This document shows, piece after piece, positions 39,953-50,334 of a stretch of 53,830 nt of DNA (position 1 is the stretch's first letter; each line of letters opens with the position of its first letter). A program made the position numbers and the translations under genes. The stretch spans positions 1-53,830 of the forward strand of contig CAXIAX010000006.1 in the NCBI GenBank assembly GCA_964021785.1, read 5' to 3'. The notes under the pieces were generated by a model that had not been told where the DNA came from, searched no databases, and was given only the letters and a program-made list of their open reading frames with translations. Origin of the DNA: an uncultured Flavobacteriales bacterium. GTDB taxonomy: Bacteria > Bacteroidota > Bacteroidia > Flavobacteriales_D > CAJJDF01.

Positions 39953-41014
39953 TTATTTTACTCTACTCATTCTCATTGCCTTCAACATCCATGTTGGCAA
40001 ATTTTTCTCTGGGTTTCTCTTTTTAAGATTGATGTACCACCCAATTTTTTTCATCAAAGGAACCTTGTGTGTTTCTACAAACTCAATTAATGCTCCATCT
40101 GGATCTTCAATGTATGAAAATCTTCCTGCTGCCTCACCCATATCAAATGAATTGGCACTATCTACAGTAAATGGAAAACCAGCTGCTTCACAGTCCTTTT
40201 TCAATAAATCCATTCTTTGTACATCAAAACAAAGATGAATGAACCCCCAATCTCCCCAAAATCTGTTTTCAAATATTTTTCTAGGGTTTCCTCCAATTTC
40301 TTGTACCAACTCTATAGTAGTTGGTCCCAATAATTTTGCGAAAGCTCCCACTTTTTCTTTTTTATGAGATAACTGTACTCTTCTAAAAGATTTATCTCCA
40401 GAAGGTAATCCTTTAAAACAGCTAAACTCTCCTGTAACATCAAAATCTACTGTATCATAACCCAATACATCTTTGTATAATTTTATAGAAGCTTCCATAT
40501 CAGAAACTCCCAAAATTGCTCCTGCTACACCTCCAGTTTTTGCTGGATGCTTAGTATCTACAAAAAATCCTTTTCCTTCTACAATATTGAAAATATTTCC
40601 GTTAGGATCTTTTACAAAAAAGTTATCTTCCCCTGCAGGGTTCTTAGTAATATCTCCTAAGATATCAACTCCTTTTTTCGTCAAAAAATTGAAAGTTGCT
40701 TTCACATCTCTCGATTTAATTTTACAACTATAAATCCCCAAATCACCCAATTGAATATCAAATGCAGCCTTTTCAGTATTTCTACTTGTGTATTGCCATA
40801 TCTCAAATCCACCACCACTTTCTAAGCTCAAGGCCAAGGTAGCAGTTCTGCTTTGTACTTTGTTTCCCGTATAGTCAATCATCAAAGGAGCTTCTGCAGC
40901 TTCTTCAAAAACTTTAATGTCCATCCCGAACATTTCTCTATACCATTTGAATATTTTTTCAACATTAGGAACTCCTATTCCCATCTGTTGTATTCCCGAA
41001 ATTATTTTTTCCAC
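39953..41014 (-). CDS. VOC (glyoxalase-like) family protein, two domains
   Basis: IQQMGIGV, FVKDPNGN, IHLCFDV, YIEDPDGALIEFVE; GTG start at 41014 supported by the TATCTTTG promoter at 41039-41046. Confidence 0.8.
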   Translation of the reverse strand: MEKIISGIQQMGIGVPNVEKIFKWYREMFGMDIKVFEEAAEAPLMIDYTGNKVQSRTATLALSLESGGGFEIWQYTSRNTEKAAFDIQLGDLGIYSCKIKSRDVKATFNFLTKKGVDILGDITKNPAGEDNFFVKDPNGNIFNIVEGKGFFVDTKHPAKTGGVAGAILGVSDMEASIKLYKDVLGYDTVDFDVTGEFSCFKGLPSGDKSFRRVQLSHKKEKVGAFAKLLGPTTIELVQEIGGNPRKIFENRFWGDWGFIHLCFDVQRMDLLKKDCEAAGFPFTVDSANSFDMGEAAGRFSYIEDPDGALIEFVETHKVPLMKKIGWYINLKKRNPEKNLPTWMLKAMRMSRVK

Positions 41015-41038
41015 TTTATTTAGAATTTCATTTGGTTG

Positions 41039-41046
41039 CAAAGATA
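41039..41046 (-). promoter_or_regulatory. -7 promoter element for the VOC gene
   Basis: TATCTTTG on minus strand 24 bp upstream of the GTG start. Confidence 0.55.
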
Positions 41047-41093
41047 CAGTTTTGTTCATAATAATTAAATAACCACACCAAAAGATAAGGCAC

Positions 41094-41130
41094 AAAAAAA
41101 ACCTTGCAAAATTAAAATCTTGCAAGGTTT
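41094..41130 (-). terminator. Intrinsic terminator after the DUF3127 gene
   Basis: AAACCTTGCAA..TTGCAAGGTTT inverted repeat with T-run on minus strand. Confidence 0.75.
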
Positions 41131-41154
41131 CTTTTTAGTAATTTATTTCCTCAA

Positions 41155-41526
41155 TTAAAAAGGTAAATCATCATCTTCTGAGCTTCCTGAATCAAATGGA
41201 GATTCTGAAGTTGGTAATGGTGCTGCATTATTTGGCACTACATTTTCTCCTGCTGGAGCTCCTCCCGCTTGTCCTTTGTCAATTTTCCATGCATTAAGGT
41301 TTACGAAATACTTTCCGTTATATTCGTTTCCTCTTAAGTTAAAATGTACTGTTACATCTTCGTTCACTGAGAAATTACTCAACATATCACATTTCTCTTT
41401 ATACACTTCAAATTTAATATCCTGAGGATATTGCTCTGCAGTTGTAACAACTATTTCTCTCTTTTCAAATCCACTTCCAAACGTTTGTTTGTCAAATATC
41501 ACTTTTACTTTTCCTGCTAATTCCAT
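41155..41526 (-). CDS. DUF3127 family protein (SSB-like acidic tail)
   Basis: GFEKREIVVTT.EQYPQ, FNLRGNE, LNAWKI, C-terminal DDDLPF. Confidence 0.88.
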   Translation of the reverse strand: MELAGKVKVIFDKQTFGSGFEKREIVVTTAEQYPQDIKFEVYKEKCDMLSNFSVNEDVTVHFNLRGNEYNGKYFVNLNAWKIDKGQAGGAPAGENVVPNNAAPLPTSESPFDSGSSEDDDLPF

Positions 41527-41662
41527 TCTTATTTTTTATATTATTTAAGTTTACAAAGGTATCTATTTTCATTTGGTTATCGCTATGGATTTTTGAATAG
41601 TTTATTAACTTCTTTTCAATTTTTTATTCAAAACCCTTTCAAGCTCCCCATTTTTTTTAGCT

Positions 41663-42556
41663 CTATTCATTAAAAGCCAACAAAGTCATCCAAGCATCTT
41701 TTAATTTATCTTCTTTCAGTTCTTGTTTAGCTCTTTTGTGAAGTTCTTGCTCCAACTTCTCTTGCTCGTCTTCCAAGTCTACAAACAACTCGCTAAGCTC
41801 AATCAATTTATGGTCGTTTACATCTGTTTCATTTGGCAATTCCTCTATTCCTCCTAATTTCCCTAAATCATTTCCTGATAAAATTTTACTGTTACGAATA
41901 TCTTCTGGAATTGCATCAAAACCTATTCCTACCGTCATTATTGGTTTTTTAATCTCAAACATGGATTCACTGTTTGCTCTGCAATACCAATTTCCTCCCA
42001 TACGAGAAACTAAATCTATTTTGTGTTGATCTATTGCTCCATTTTCATCTAGTACTTCTTCGTTTATATGAATTTTTGTCACTTCACAAATCACCAAATT
42101 CCCTGCTCCACCTTCGTGCCCTAGCTCTACCACTTCATTTACTTTACACTCAAACTGAACGGGTGATTCTTTTACTCTAAATGGCTTTATCGTGTCAGAT
42201 GCGATTGGAGTTAATCCGGATTTTACAAATTCATCTACTCCTGCTTCAAAAGGTGAGCTAGCCAAAGACATTTGCTCCACAATACTATAATTTACAATGT
42301 TGATTACCACTTCTGGCACTTCTTTTACATTATCAAAGGTGTTTTTTGTTGTGTTTGTTCTTCCACTTCTTGCTGGCGAAAACACCATGATTGGAGGATT
42401 TGCACTAAACACATTAAAAAAACTAAAAGGTGCTAAATTTCTATTCCCATCTTTGTCTATTGTACTGGCAAATGCAATGGGTCTTGGACCAACCGCTCCC
42501 AATAAATAGTGATGCAATTTTGGTACAGGAATTTCTTTTGGATCTATTGTTAACAT
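41663..42556 (-). CDS. Flavin reductase (DIM6/NTAB) family protein
   Basis: GPRPIAFAST, NLAPFSFFN, RVKESPVQFEC, RMGGNWY. Confidence 0.9.
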   Translation of the reverse strand: MLTIDPKEIPVPKLHHYLLGAVGPRPIAFASTIDKDGNRNLAPFSFFNVFSANPPIMVFSPARSGRTNTTKNTFDNVKEVPEVVINIVNYSIVEQMSLASSPFEAGVDEFVKSGLTPIASDTIKPFRVKESPVQFECKVNEVVELGHEGGAGNLVICEVTKIHINEEVLDENGAIDQHKIDLVSRMGGNWYCRANSESMFEIKKPIMTVGIGFDAIPEDIRNSKILSGNDLGKLGGIEELPNETDVNDHKLIELSELFVDLEDEQEKLEQELHKRAKQELKEDKLKDAWMTLLAFNE

Positions 42557-42643
42557 AGTTTTTGTTTTGAATAGTCAAATATAAGAATGATATCTCACGA
42601 AAAGAATAAAAACCAACTCGCTTTTTGTATTTTTATATCGCAA

Positions 42644-44563
42644 ATGAAAACAAAGCAAGAAATATTAAAAAAATACTGGGGTTACGACTCTTTTCGCGAT
42701 TCGCAAGAAGCGATAATAGACTCCGTATTGGCAAAAAATAATACCTTGGCTCTGCTCCCAACAGGAGGAGGAAAATCCATTTGTTACCAAGTCCCCGGAA
42801 TGGTAAACGAAGGAATTTGCATAGTTGTTTCTCCGCTTATTGCTCTTATGAAAGATCAAGTAGAGAATTTGAAATCGAGAGGAATAAAAGCAATTGCAAT
42901 ATTCTCGGGAATGAACAAGAGAGAAATTGACATTGCCTTAGACAATTGTGTTTACGGAGACATTAAATTTTTATATGTTTCGCCAGAAAGAATGCAAACC
43001 GAGATTTTTAGAGCTCGATTGCAAAAGATGAAGGTAAACTTGATTGCGGTAGATGAAGCGCATTGTATTTCGCAATGGGGTCATGATTTTAGACCTGCAT
43101 TTAAGAAAATAAATGAAATAATGGAGTTACTGCCAAAAGAGACTCCACTACTTGCGGTTACCGCTACGGCCAATAACCGAGTAATAAAGGATGTGTGCGA
43201 AACTGTGCATATTGAACCTGAGTTTGTCTTCAAAAAAAGTTTTGAAAGAGATAATTTGGGTTACTTAATACTTGAAGAAGAAAACAAAGAAGAACGCTTA
43301 CTTAAGATTTTGCGTAAAGCAAATAGCTGTGGAATTGTGTATGTAAATACCCGTAAAAAAACCAAAATGGTTTCGGATTTGCTAAACAGAAATGGAATAA
43401 AAGCAGATTTTTATCACGGAGGATTGGCTCAACAATTGAGAGATCAAAAACAAAAAAACTGGATAGAAAATAAGACACAAGTCATTGTTTCTACCAATGC
43501 ATTTGGGATGGGAATAGACAAACCTGACGTGAGAGTTGTTGTCCATTTTGAATTACCTGCATCTCCAGAAGCTTATTTTCAAGAAGCAGGAAGAGCAGGA
43601 CGTGATGGCAAAAAATCATTTGCCGTTTTGCTTTACAAAGCTAGTGACAAGTTAATGCTCGAGAAATTTCACGAACTTGAATTTCCAGAAAAATCTGAAA
43701 TAAAAAAAGTGTATAATTGCCTAGGAAACTATTACCAACTAGCAATTGGCGGTGGTGAGTTTAATAACTATGAATTTGACTTAGCCGATTTTTGCAACCG
43801 ATTCAACTTACAACCAATTGTTGCCCATCATTGTATTTCTATATTAATTTTGGCAGGTTACGTTACACTTTCCGAAGCAATATATCGTCCTCCAAGAGTG
43901 AAAGTTGTTGTATCCAACAGTAACTTATACACGTTTCAGGTTCAGAACAGAAAATACGACCCAATAATCGCTTTATTACTGAGGAGTAACGAAGGTATTT
44001 TTGATAATTATGTAAAGATTTCGCCTTATACTCTTTCCAATGCTCTTAAAATTAGCGAAACAGAAATGGTAAAAGCTCTGGTATACTTAACTGAAATTTC
44101 TATTCTTGATTATCAACCTGCATCTGATGTACCTCTTCTTAGTTATTCGCAAGATAGAGTGCATGAAGACAGAATTTCATTGCCAAGAGAAATTTACCTT
44201 GACAGAAAAAAAATAAAGAAAGAGCAATTGGATTTTATGATAAAGCTATGCGAATCCAAACACATTTGCAGAAGTAAATTATTGCTTAGTTATTTTGATG
44301 AAACAGAATTTAAGAATTGTGGTATTTGTGATGTGTGTATAAAAAACAACCAAAAACAATTAACTGTTTCTATTTTTGATAAAATCAATAGTTTGATTGA
44401 ATCCATTGTTAATGAAAACGAGTTTGATTTAAAACAACTGGCAAATAAGATTACTGGTTTTGACGAAAAAGAAATTCTTGAAGTAATTCAATGGAAACTA
44501 GACAACAATGAATTAAACTATACTGATTCTCACAAACTAATACTCACAAAAAAAGAGCAGTAA
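42644..44563 (+). CDS. recQ: RecQ-family ATP-dependent DNA helicase
   Basis: LPTGGGKS, VDEAHCISQWGHDFRP, AFGMGIDK, QEAGRAGRDG, Zn-binding CR..CGICDVC; start set at MKTKQ. Confidence 0.92.
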   Translation: MKTKQEILKKYWGYDSFRDSQEAIIDSVLAKNNTLALLPTGGGKSICYQVPGMVNEGICIVVSPLIALMKDQVENLKSRGIKAIAIFSGMNKREIDIALDNCVYGDIKFLYVSPERMQTEIFRARLQKMKVNLIAVDEAHCISQWGHDFRPAFKKINEIMELLPKETPLLAVTATANNRVIKDVCETVHIEPEFVFKKSFERDNLGYLILEEENKEERLLKILRKANSCGIVYVNTRKKTKMVSDLLNRNGIKADFYHGGLAQQLRDQKQKNWIENKTQVIVSTNAFGMGIDKPDVRVVVHFELPASPEAYFQEAGRAGRDGKKSFAVLLYKASDKLMLEKFHELEFPEKSEIKKVYNCLGNYYQLAIGGGEFNNYEFDLADFCNRFNLQPIVAHHCISILILAGYVTLSEAIYRPPRVKVVVSNSNLYTFQVQNRKYDPIIALLLRSNEGIFDNYVKISPYTLSNALKISETEMVKALVYLTEISILDYQPASDVPLLSYSQDRVHEDRISLPREIYLDRKKIKKEQLDFMIKLCESKHICRSKLLLSYFDETEFKNCGICDVCIKNNQKQLTVSIFDKINSLIESIVNENEFDLKQLANKITGFDEKEILEVIQWKLDNNELNYTDSHKLILTKKEQ

Positions 44564-44580
44564 ATTTACTGCTCTTTTTT
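44549..44580. terminator. Bidirectional terminator (perfect 32-bp palindrome overlapping the recQ stop)
   Basis: AAAAAAGAGCAGTAAATTTACTGCTCTTTTTT. Confidence 0.88.
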
Positions 44581-44602
44581 ATCCCCTTAAAATATTAATA
44601 AA

Positions 44603-45091
44603 TTATACCGTCAAGAAATTGGTGTGGCAATAACCTTCCACCTCATTATTTCTTACTAAGTACCAGTCTTCTTGAATTTTCTTAACTAAACTTACCTGAG
44701 ATCCATTTGCAAACTTCCCTACAATCTCATTGTCGGTTCCTGCTCCTGCTCTCACATTCAAATTACTTCCTCTTGTTTTTACTGTCATCAAAATGTTCTT
44801 TGGTGTAAAATCTTCTAACTCTACATTATTTACAATAGCACTAGATGAACCAGAGTTTGTAACCACACTATGAAGCAACTCCATATCTTTACCAGACTCT
44901 ACTGTTCCTGACAATTGAAATGTATTGTTCTCGAAGTTTATATTAATTGAATCTGTATCCACTCCTCCTTCTTTTAAAAAACCATAAGCTTCATTTACTT
45001 GAGCATCTACGTCAGATTTTGCATTGGCCAATTCTGCTTTTGCATTTCTTGCGACTTCTTCTGCTTTCCTTTTAATATCCTCTAAACTCAT
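44603..45091 (-). CDS. BON-like plus SH3b domain protein
   Basis: FQLSGTV..IVNNVE (BON-like) and NLNVRAGAG..WYLV..EGYC (SH3b); no signal peptide. Confidence 0.72.
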   Translation of the reverse strand: MSLEDIKRKAEEVARNAKAELANAKSDVDAQVNEAYGFLKEGGVDTDSININFENNTFQLSGTVESGKDMELLHSVVTNSGSSSAIVNNVELEDFTPKNILMTVKTRGSNLNVRAGAGTDNEIVGKFANGSQVSLVKKIQEDWYLVRNNEVEGYCHTNFLTV

Positions 45092-45173
45092 AATTCTTTT
45101 TATTTAAAATTTTACCTCTAAATATAAGTAAAAAAGCCAACTATGCCTTTCTGTTAAATAAAAAATAACATTT

Positions 45174-45908
45174 CTAATTAATTTCCTTCATAAATCCAGA
45201 CAGTCTTCTACGAGCTATTGGAATATTATCTCCATTACTCATTACTGCAAAATTTCCCATTTGACGAGACAATTCTGATAAGTGATTGTGCTTATTTATA
45301 ATATATGACTTATGTATTCTTGAAAAAATATGTGGATTCACTTTTTCTTCATAGCGCTTTATCGTCTTACTACTAATTATTTTCTTCCCATTGTCTAGGT
45401 AAATTTCTGTATAGTTTTCGCTCGCTTTAAAATAGATAATATTTTTGTTTTCAATAAAAATAAATCCACTCCTTGTTGGGATAGAGATTTTTTCTATTTC
45501 ATCTTCTGTTGTCACTTGGTTATCCTCATCCTCACTAAGTGAATAACTAGAATATTTCATTGCTTTGTTAGATGCTTTTTGCAAATCACAAATATCAATT
45601 GGTTTCTGAATATAATCTATCGCATCTGCTTTGTAAGCTTTAAGTGCATGCTCCGAATGAGCAGTAGTAAACACCACAGAAAAATCTCTGTCTTCATAAC
45701 TGTTCAAAAGAGAAAAACCATCTCCTCCTGGCATGGCGATATCTAAAAAAACCAAGTCTGGACTAAATTGCTTTATTAGCACTTTCGCCTGACTAACACT
45801 ACTTGCTAATCCTATTACATTAAGATTGGGACAGTACTCTTTTATTAAAATCTGTAAATTCTCCCTAGCATTTGGCTCGTCATCTATAATCAGTGTATTG
45901 AGTTTCAT
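45174..45908 (-). CDS. LytTR-family response regulator
   Basis: IIDDE, FLDIAMP, FTTAH, DYIQKP receiver; FSRIHKSYIIN LytTR domain. Confidence 0.93.
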   Translation of the reverse strand: MKLNTLIIDDEPNARENLQILIKEYCPNLNVIGLASSVSQAKVLIKQFSPDLVFLDIAMPGGDGFSLLNSYEDRDFSVVFTTAHSEHALKAYKADAIDYIQKPIDICDLQKASNKAMKYSSYSLSEDEDNQVTTEDEIEKISIPTRSGFIFIENKNIIYFKASENYTEIYLDNGKKIISSKTIKRYEEKVNPHIFSRIHKSYIINKHNHLSELSRQMGNFAVMSNGDNIPIARRRLSGFMKEIN

Positions 45909-46089
45909 AGCAAGTTGTTTTTTAGTGATTTATTCTAAAATAATATACGGAATTGTTAATAAAACGTTATCTAATTTTTGTAAAAAGACAAAACTATTGA
46001 GTCAGAAGGCTATTTGATTGAGTTATCCGTTTTAACATTTCTTATGATTTGATAAAATTTTAGTTTCTTTACAAAAAGAAATTTATCCT

Positions 46090-46551
46090 ATGTATTCAAA
46101 AGAAGAATCAAAATCATTGAGAAAAGAGTTTTGGACAACCTTTGGTGTGTATATGAAAAAGTACAACAAAGTATACCACAACAAAATAAGATGGGTAAAT
46201 TATAACACAAAATGCAAGGACATTTACCTAAGATTAGATGTAGATAAAAAGAAGGCTTTTTTCTCTTTTGACATTCAGCACAAGGATGAAGGAATGCGTG
46301 CAATATTTTATGAGCAGTTTTTAGAGCTAAAAGCTGTAATAACGGATAGTTTTGAGCATGAGTTAACCTGGGAGCCTCTTTACGCCAATCAATTTGGAGA
46401 ATTATCTAGAATATACGTAGAGCTACCAAACGTCTCTGTATTCAACAAAAACAATTGGCAAGAAATCTTTCAATTTATGGAAAAAAACATTGTATCAGCC
46501 CATGATTTCTGGGAAGATTTTGGAGAAATCTTCTTGAATTTGGCAGATTAA
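46090..46551 (+). CDS. DUF4268 domain protein
   Basis: MYSKEE..RKEFWTTFG..WVNYNT..SRIY pattern. Confidence 0.78.
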   Translation: MYSKEESKSLRKEFWTTFGVYMKKYNKVYHNKIRWVNYNTKCKDIYLRLDVDKKKAFFSFDIQHKDEGMRAIFYEQFLELKAVITDSFEHELTWEPLYANQFGELSRIYVELPNVSVFNKNNWQEIFQFMEKNIVSAHDFWEDFGEIFLNLAD

Positions 46552-46589
46552 CTCAGGCTAAAAATAATCGTTTTCTAATTCCTTTTTTT

Positions 46590-48905
46590 TTAAAAAGCAA
46601 ATGCCATTCCAAAACTTGGTAGTATTGGCAACTGGTATACTTTTTCAGCAGAAATTCTATCTACATAGAAAATGTTTTCTCTGTTATACACATTTGTAAT
46701 TCCAAAGTTAAGTTCCATTGTAGCTTTCTTGAATTCAATGATTTTTTTCAGGTTTACATCAAATCTGTGGTAAGTTGGTAACCTTCCTTCATTAAGTCCT
46801 GCATATACAGCCGTAAGTTCATCTGCATTAGCCTGAGTAATGTCTGTTCCAGATCCATCTTCAAATGTAATATTTTGGTAGTATCCTTGAGTTTGAGTAA
46901 ATGGTAATCCAGACCCAAAGTTCCATCTTGCATTCAACTGCCAATCTAGGTCTTTACCAAACTTGTATGTTCCTATTAAGTTAACAGAATGTCTTCTGTC
47001 AAAAACGGGAGCATAAGTTCTTACACCATCCCATCTCGTTACTTTACCCAATGAATATACAGCATACAAATACACTTTCTTACCCGAGTATTTTGCAACA
47101 AAGTCTACACCAAATGCATCTCCTGTTTCAACTATGTAATCTTTTTTAAGAATTTCAGGTGCATCAATTTCACTGTCTTCGTTAAAAATTTTGTTTCTAT
47201 TGATATTAGTAAGCTGAGTAAATCTCTTGTAATATCCTTCTACATTTACATTAATTGTTTTGCTTACATCATATTCAAATCCTGCAATCAAGTGATTTGC
47301 TTTCTGTAATGAATGAGTTACATCTCTCACGTTCCCTTCTTCGTCCGTAAATTCCGTTTGTAAGTTATCCGGCCCTGAAAGGAAACCATAAAATAAGTTT
47401 ACAACATCTCTATCAGAACTTGCACTGATCAAGTTTTGAGAGTAGATACCTGCAGCAAATTTCACTCTAAAATTTTCGTCTATGTTATATTTCAATCCCA
47501 ATCTTGGTTCAGGAGAAAGTGTTTTAAGTGTTGCATAATACTGCATTCTTAAACTTGGTTCAATTACCAACCTTGGTTTTACAATTCTATAAGAAAAATA
47601 CGTTCCTAATTCTGTTGTGTTCTCTTCTTGATCTATGGTAGCGTTTGTAGAATTTACATAACTAAAATCTGTACTAAATCCTGAAACTTCAATTCCGTAC
47701 TTTAACTCGTTCTCTTTGATGAAATATTTGAAATCAAATCCAAAATTAAAACTATTAATTCCACTTCTTCTTTCTTGTCCGTTTTCCTCTATTAATTGTA
47801 GCTTATAATCTGACAAGGACAATTTCCCTTCTATCAAAACCTTTGAAGTTCCTGGAACTAATAAAAAATTAGACCCTACTCCGTAAGAATTCCAACTCAA
47901 ATCCGAAACTGCTTGATAATTTACATGATCTTTAAAATTAAATCCAAACAAGTTGAATTTACTACCGTTCTCTCCTTTAAAAGATATTTTACCATATAAA
48001 TCCGTAAATCCAAATGGTAATCCTTCTCCTGTAGTATCAATATAAGGATACAGTATTTTAGAACTTTCATCCAAGTAAGAATGTTTTCCTGTTAAGATAT
48101 ATGAAATACTTCCTCCATTATCTTCTGTTCTTTTTTTAAGTGGCCCTTCTAGTAATAATTTTGCCATAAAAGGCGAAACAGATGCTCTTCCTTTTATGCC
48201 TCCTTGGTTACCATCTCTTGTTGTGATATCCATAATTGAAGAAATTCTACCTCCGTATTCCGCATTAAAACCTCCAGTATAAATATCTGCGTTTCTAATA
48301 ATTTCTGTTTCAAATACAGAGAAAAATCCAATAGAGTGAAATGGGTTATAAATTGTCATTCCATCCAATAATACTTTATTCTGAATTGGAGAACCTCCAC
48401 GCACATACATTTGCCCACCTTGATCTCCCGTGGTTACAACTCCTGGTACAGTTTGAAAATAAGTCGCAATATCTGCATCTCCTCCAATAGATGGAATAGA
48501 TTTAATATCTTCTCCAGTTGCTTTAGTTACCGACATTTTTATTGTCGTTTTAGATTCTTCTGCTTCTGCACTTACCTCGAATTCTGCTAATTTTTTAATG
48601 TCTTCGCTCAAATAAATATTTCTAGTAATTACTCTATTTGCTTTAATTTCAATCTCTTTCTCATACTTTTCGTAAGTCAAATTAGAAACTGACAACACAT
48701 AATTCCCTGGAGTGATTTGGGTTATACTGTAATAACCATTCACATCTGTTTGTATCCCAATGGAAGTTCCTTTAAGTATTACATTGGTGAAAATAATAGG
48801 TTCTCCAGACTCTTTATCGTATACAAACCCCTTAACTGTACCTGTTTGTGCGTAACTTGATAAAGCGAACAAAAACACAATGGATAACGAAAATAAATGT
48901 TTCAT
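46590..48905 (-). CDS. TonB-dependent receptor with N-terminal carboxypeptidase-regulatory-like domain
   Basis: YVRGGSPIQN, GGFNAEYGGRISS plug motifs; RLPTYHRFD, NVYNREN; terminal Phe; start set at MKHLF. Confidence 0.88.
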   Translation of the reverse strand: MKHLFSLSIVFLFALSSYAQTGTVKGFVYDKESGEPIIFTNVILKGTSIGIQTDVNGYYSITQITPGNYVLSVSNLTYEKYEKEIEIKANRVITRNIYLSEDIKKLAEFEVSAEAEESKTTIKMSVTKATGEDIKSIPSIGGDADIATYFQTVPGVVTTGDQGGQMYVRGGSPIQNKVLLDGMTIYNPFHSIGFFSVFETEIIRNADIYTGGFNAEYGGRISSIMDITTRDGNQGGIKGRASVSPFMAKLLLEGPLKKRTEDNGGSISYILTGKHSYLDESSKILYPYIDTTGEGLPFGFTDLYGKISFKGENGSKFNLFGFNFKDHVNYQAVSDLSWNSYGVGSNFLLVPGTSKVLIEGKLSLSDYKLQLIEENGQERRSGINSFNFGFDFKYFIKENELKYGIEVSGFSTDFSYVNSTNATIDQEENTTELGTYFSYRIVKPRLVIEPSLRMQYYATLKTLSPEPRLGLKYNIDENFRVKFAAGIYSQNLISASSDRDVVNLFYGFLSGPDNLQTEFTDEEGNVRDVTHSLQKANHLIAGFEYDVSKTINVNVEGYYKRFTQLTNINRNKIFNEDSEIDAPEILKKDYIVETGDAFGVDFVAKYSGKKVYLYAVYSLGKVTRWDGVRTYAPVFDRRHSVNLIGTYKFGKDLDWQLNARWNFGSGLPFTQTQGYYQNITFEDGSGTDITQANADELTAVYAGLNEGRLPTYHRFDVNLKKIIEFKKATMELNFGITNVYNRENIFYVDRISAEKVYQLPILPSFGMAFAF

Positions 48906-49016
48906 GAATAGATTTTTCTGCATAATAAGACGTGAAAGTAGCAAAGTTTACTTGATTTATAAAGGGAATAATTTTAATTTTTATACAACTAAACCACTAA
49001 ATTAATACATCTAACT

Positions 49017-50261
49017 TTAGCAAGTCTGATGGAATATCAATTCTGTTGCTCCAATTCTCTCTTCTACAAATGATTTATTCAATTTTGATTTCATCTCTAA
49101 AACCTTTTTATCTGCAATTAATTGAGCTAATTGTAGGTTGAAATCCATTTGATTTTCAACTTCTATTCCTCCACCAAATTTCACCATTTCTTTGGCTTCA
49201 GGGAATTTTAAATTATTGTTTCCGTACAATACTGGAATTCCAAATGTGGCTGGCTCTAGTATATTATGAAGAGCATTGGTGAATCCTCCTCCCACAAAAG
49301 CTACCGAAGCATATTGATATAAATTAGACAACATTCCTATGTTATCAATCACCAAAACATCCCAATTTTCTAAGTCCTTATCTTTCGTTATTTCTGAGAA
49401 TTTTATGGCTTTTATTTCTTCACCTAATTCTGTGAAAATTCCTTTCACATGAGAAGGTGAAATGTCGTGTGGAGCAAAAATTACTTTTATCTTCTCCCGA
49501 TAGCTATCGGGATTACTTTTCAAAAACTCAGAAATAAACTTCTCTTCTTTCTCCCAAGAACTACCTGCTAAAAGCGTAAATTTACTACTTGTAAATTTCT
49601 CTACTAAAGGAATTGACTTAGCCTTCTTTGCATTTTCCAGCACTTTATCATATCGAGTATCTCCAGCCACCACAGATTCTATTTTGTGTTGTTTCAACAA
49701 TTCAAAAGAAGCTTCATCTTGCACAAAAATTTGGGTAGGTAATTTTAATAAATTAAGAAACCAATTTCCTGTTTTCTTAAAATAGATTTGACTAGGACGG
49801 AAGGTTGCAGAAATTAAATAAAAAGGAATTTGACTCTTTTTTATTTCATTAAAAAAATTGGGCCACACTTCGTATTTAACAAAAAATGCCTTTTCTATTT
49901 TTACAGAAGAAAGAAATTTTTTGGCATTTTTTTGTGTATCTATTGGTAAATAACAAACGTAATCTGCAAATGGATATTTTTTTCTTATTTCATATCCCGA
50001 AGGCGAAAAAAAAGTGAGTAATATTGAAACTTCAGGCGAATTACTTTTAATTTTCTCTATCAATGGTCTTGCTTGTTCAAACTCTCCCAAAGAAGCACAA
50101 TGAAACCAATGTACTTTTTCCATAGATTTTGTTCCATTTTCTAATCTAGTAAGCCAGTTTTCACGACCAACTTTCCATTGTTTAGCTTTTGGATTCCAGA
50201 GAGAGAAAACTCTCACTAAAAAACTATAAAACCTGATTGATATGGTGTACAATAATTTCAT
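49017..50261 (-). CDS. waaA: Kdo transferase
   Basis: WFHCASLGEFEQ, LTFFSPSGYE, GDTRYD, HNILEPATFG. Confidence 0.93.
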   Translation of the reverse strand: MKLLYTISIRFYSFLVRVFSLWNPKAKQWKVGRENWLTRLENGTKSMEKVHWFHCASLGEFEQARPLIEKIKSNSPEVSILLTFFSPSGYEIRKKYPFADYVCYLPIDTQKNAKKFLSSVKIEKAFFVKYEVWPNFFNEIKKSQIPFYLISATFRPSQIYFKKTGNWFLNLLKLPTQIFVQDEASFELLKQHKIESVVAGDTRYDKVLENAKKAKSIPLVEKFTSSKFTLLAGSSWEKEEKFISEFLKSNPDSYREKIKVIFAPHDISPSHVKGIFTELGEEIKAIKFSEITKDKDLENWDVLVIDNIGMLSNLYQYASVAFVGGGFTNALHNILEPATFGIPVLYGNNNLKFPEAKEMVKFGGGIEVENQMDFNLQLAQLIADKKVLEMKSKLNKSFVEERIGATELIFHQTC

Positions 50262-50277
50262 CTTCTACAAGATTAAC

Positions 50278-50316
50278 AAAAAAAAGAGTGTATCGGAAAT
50301 ATCGATACACTCTTTT
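50278..50316 (-). terminator. Intrinsic terminator after the 68-aa gene
   Basis: AAAAGAGTGTATCG..CGATACACTCTTTT inverted repeat. Confidence 0.85.
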
Positions 50317-50334
50317 GATTAGGGCGGGAAAGAT

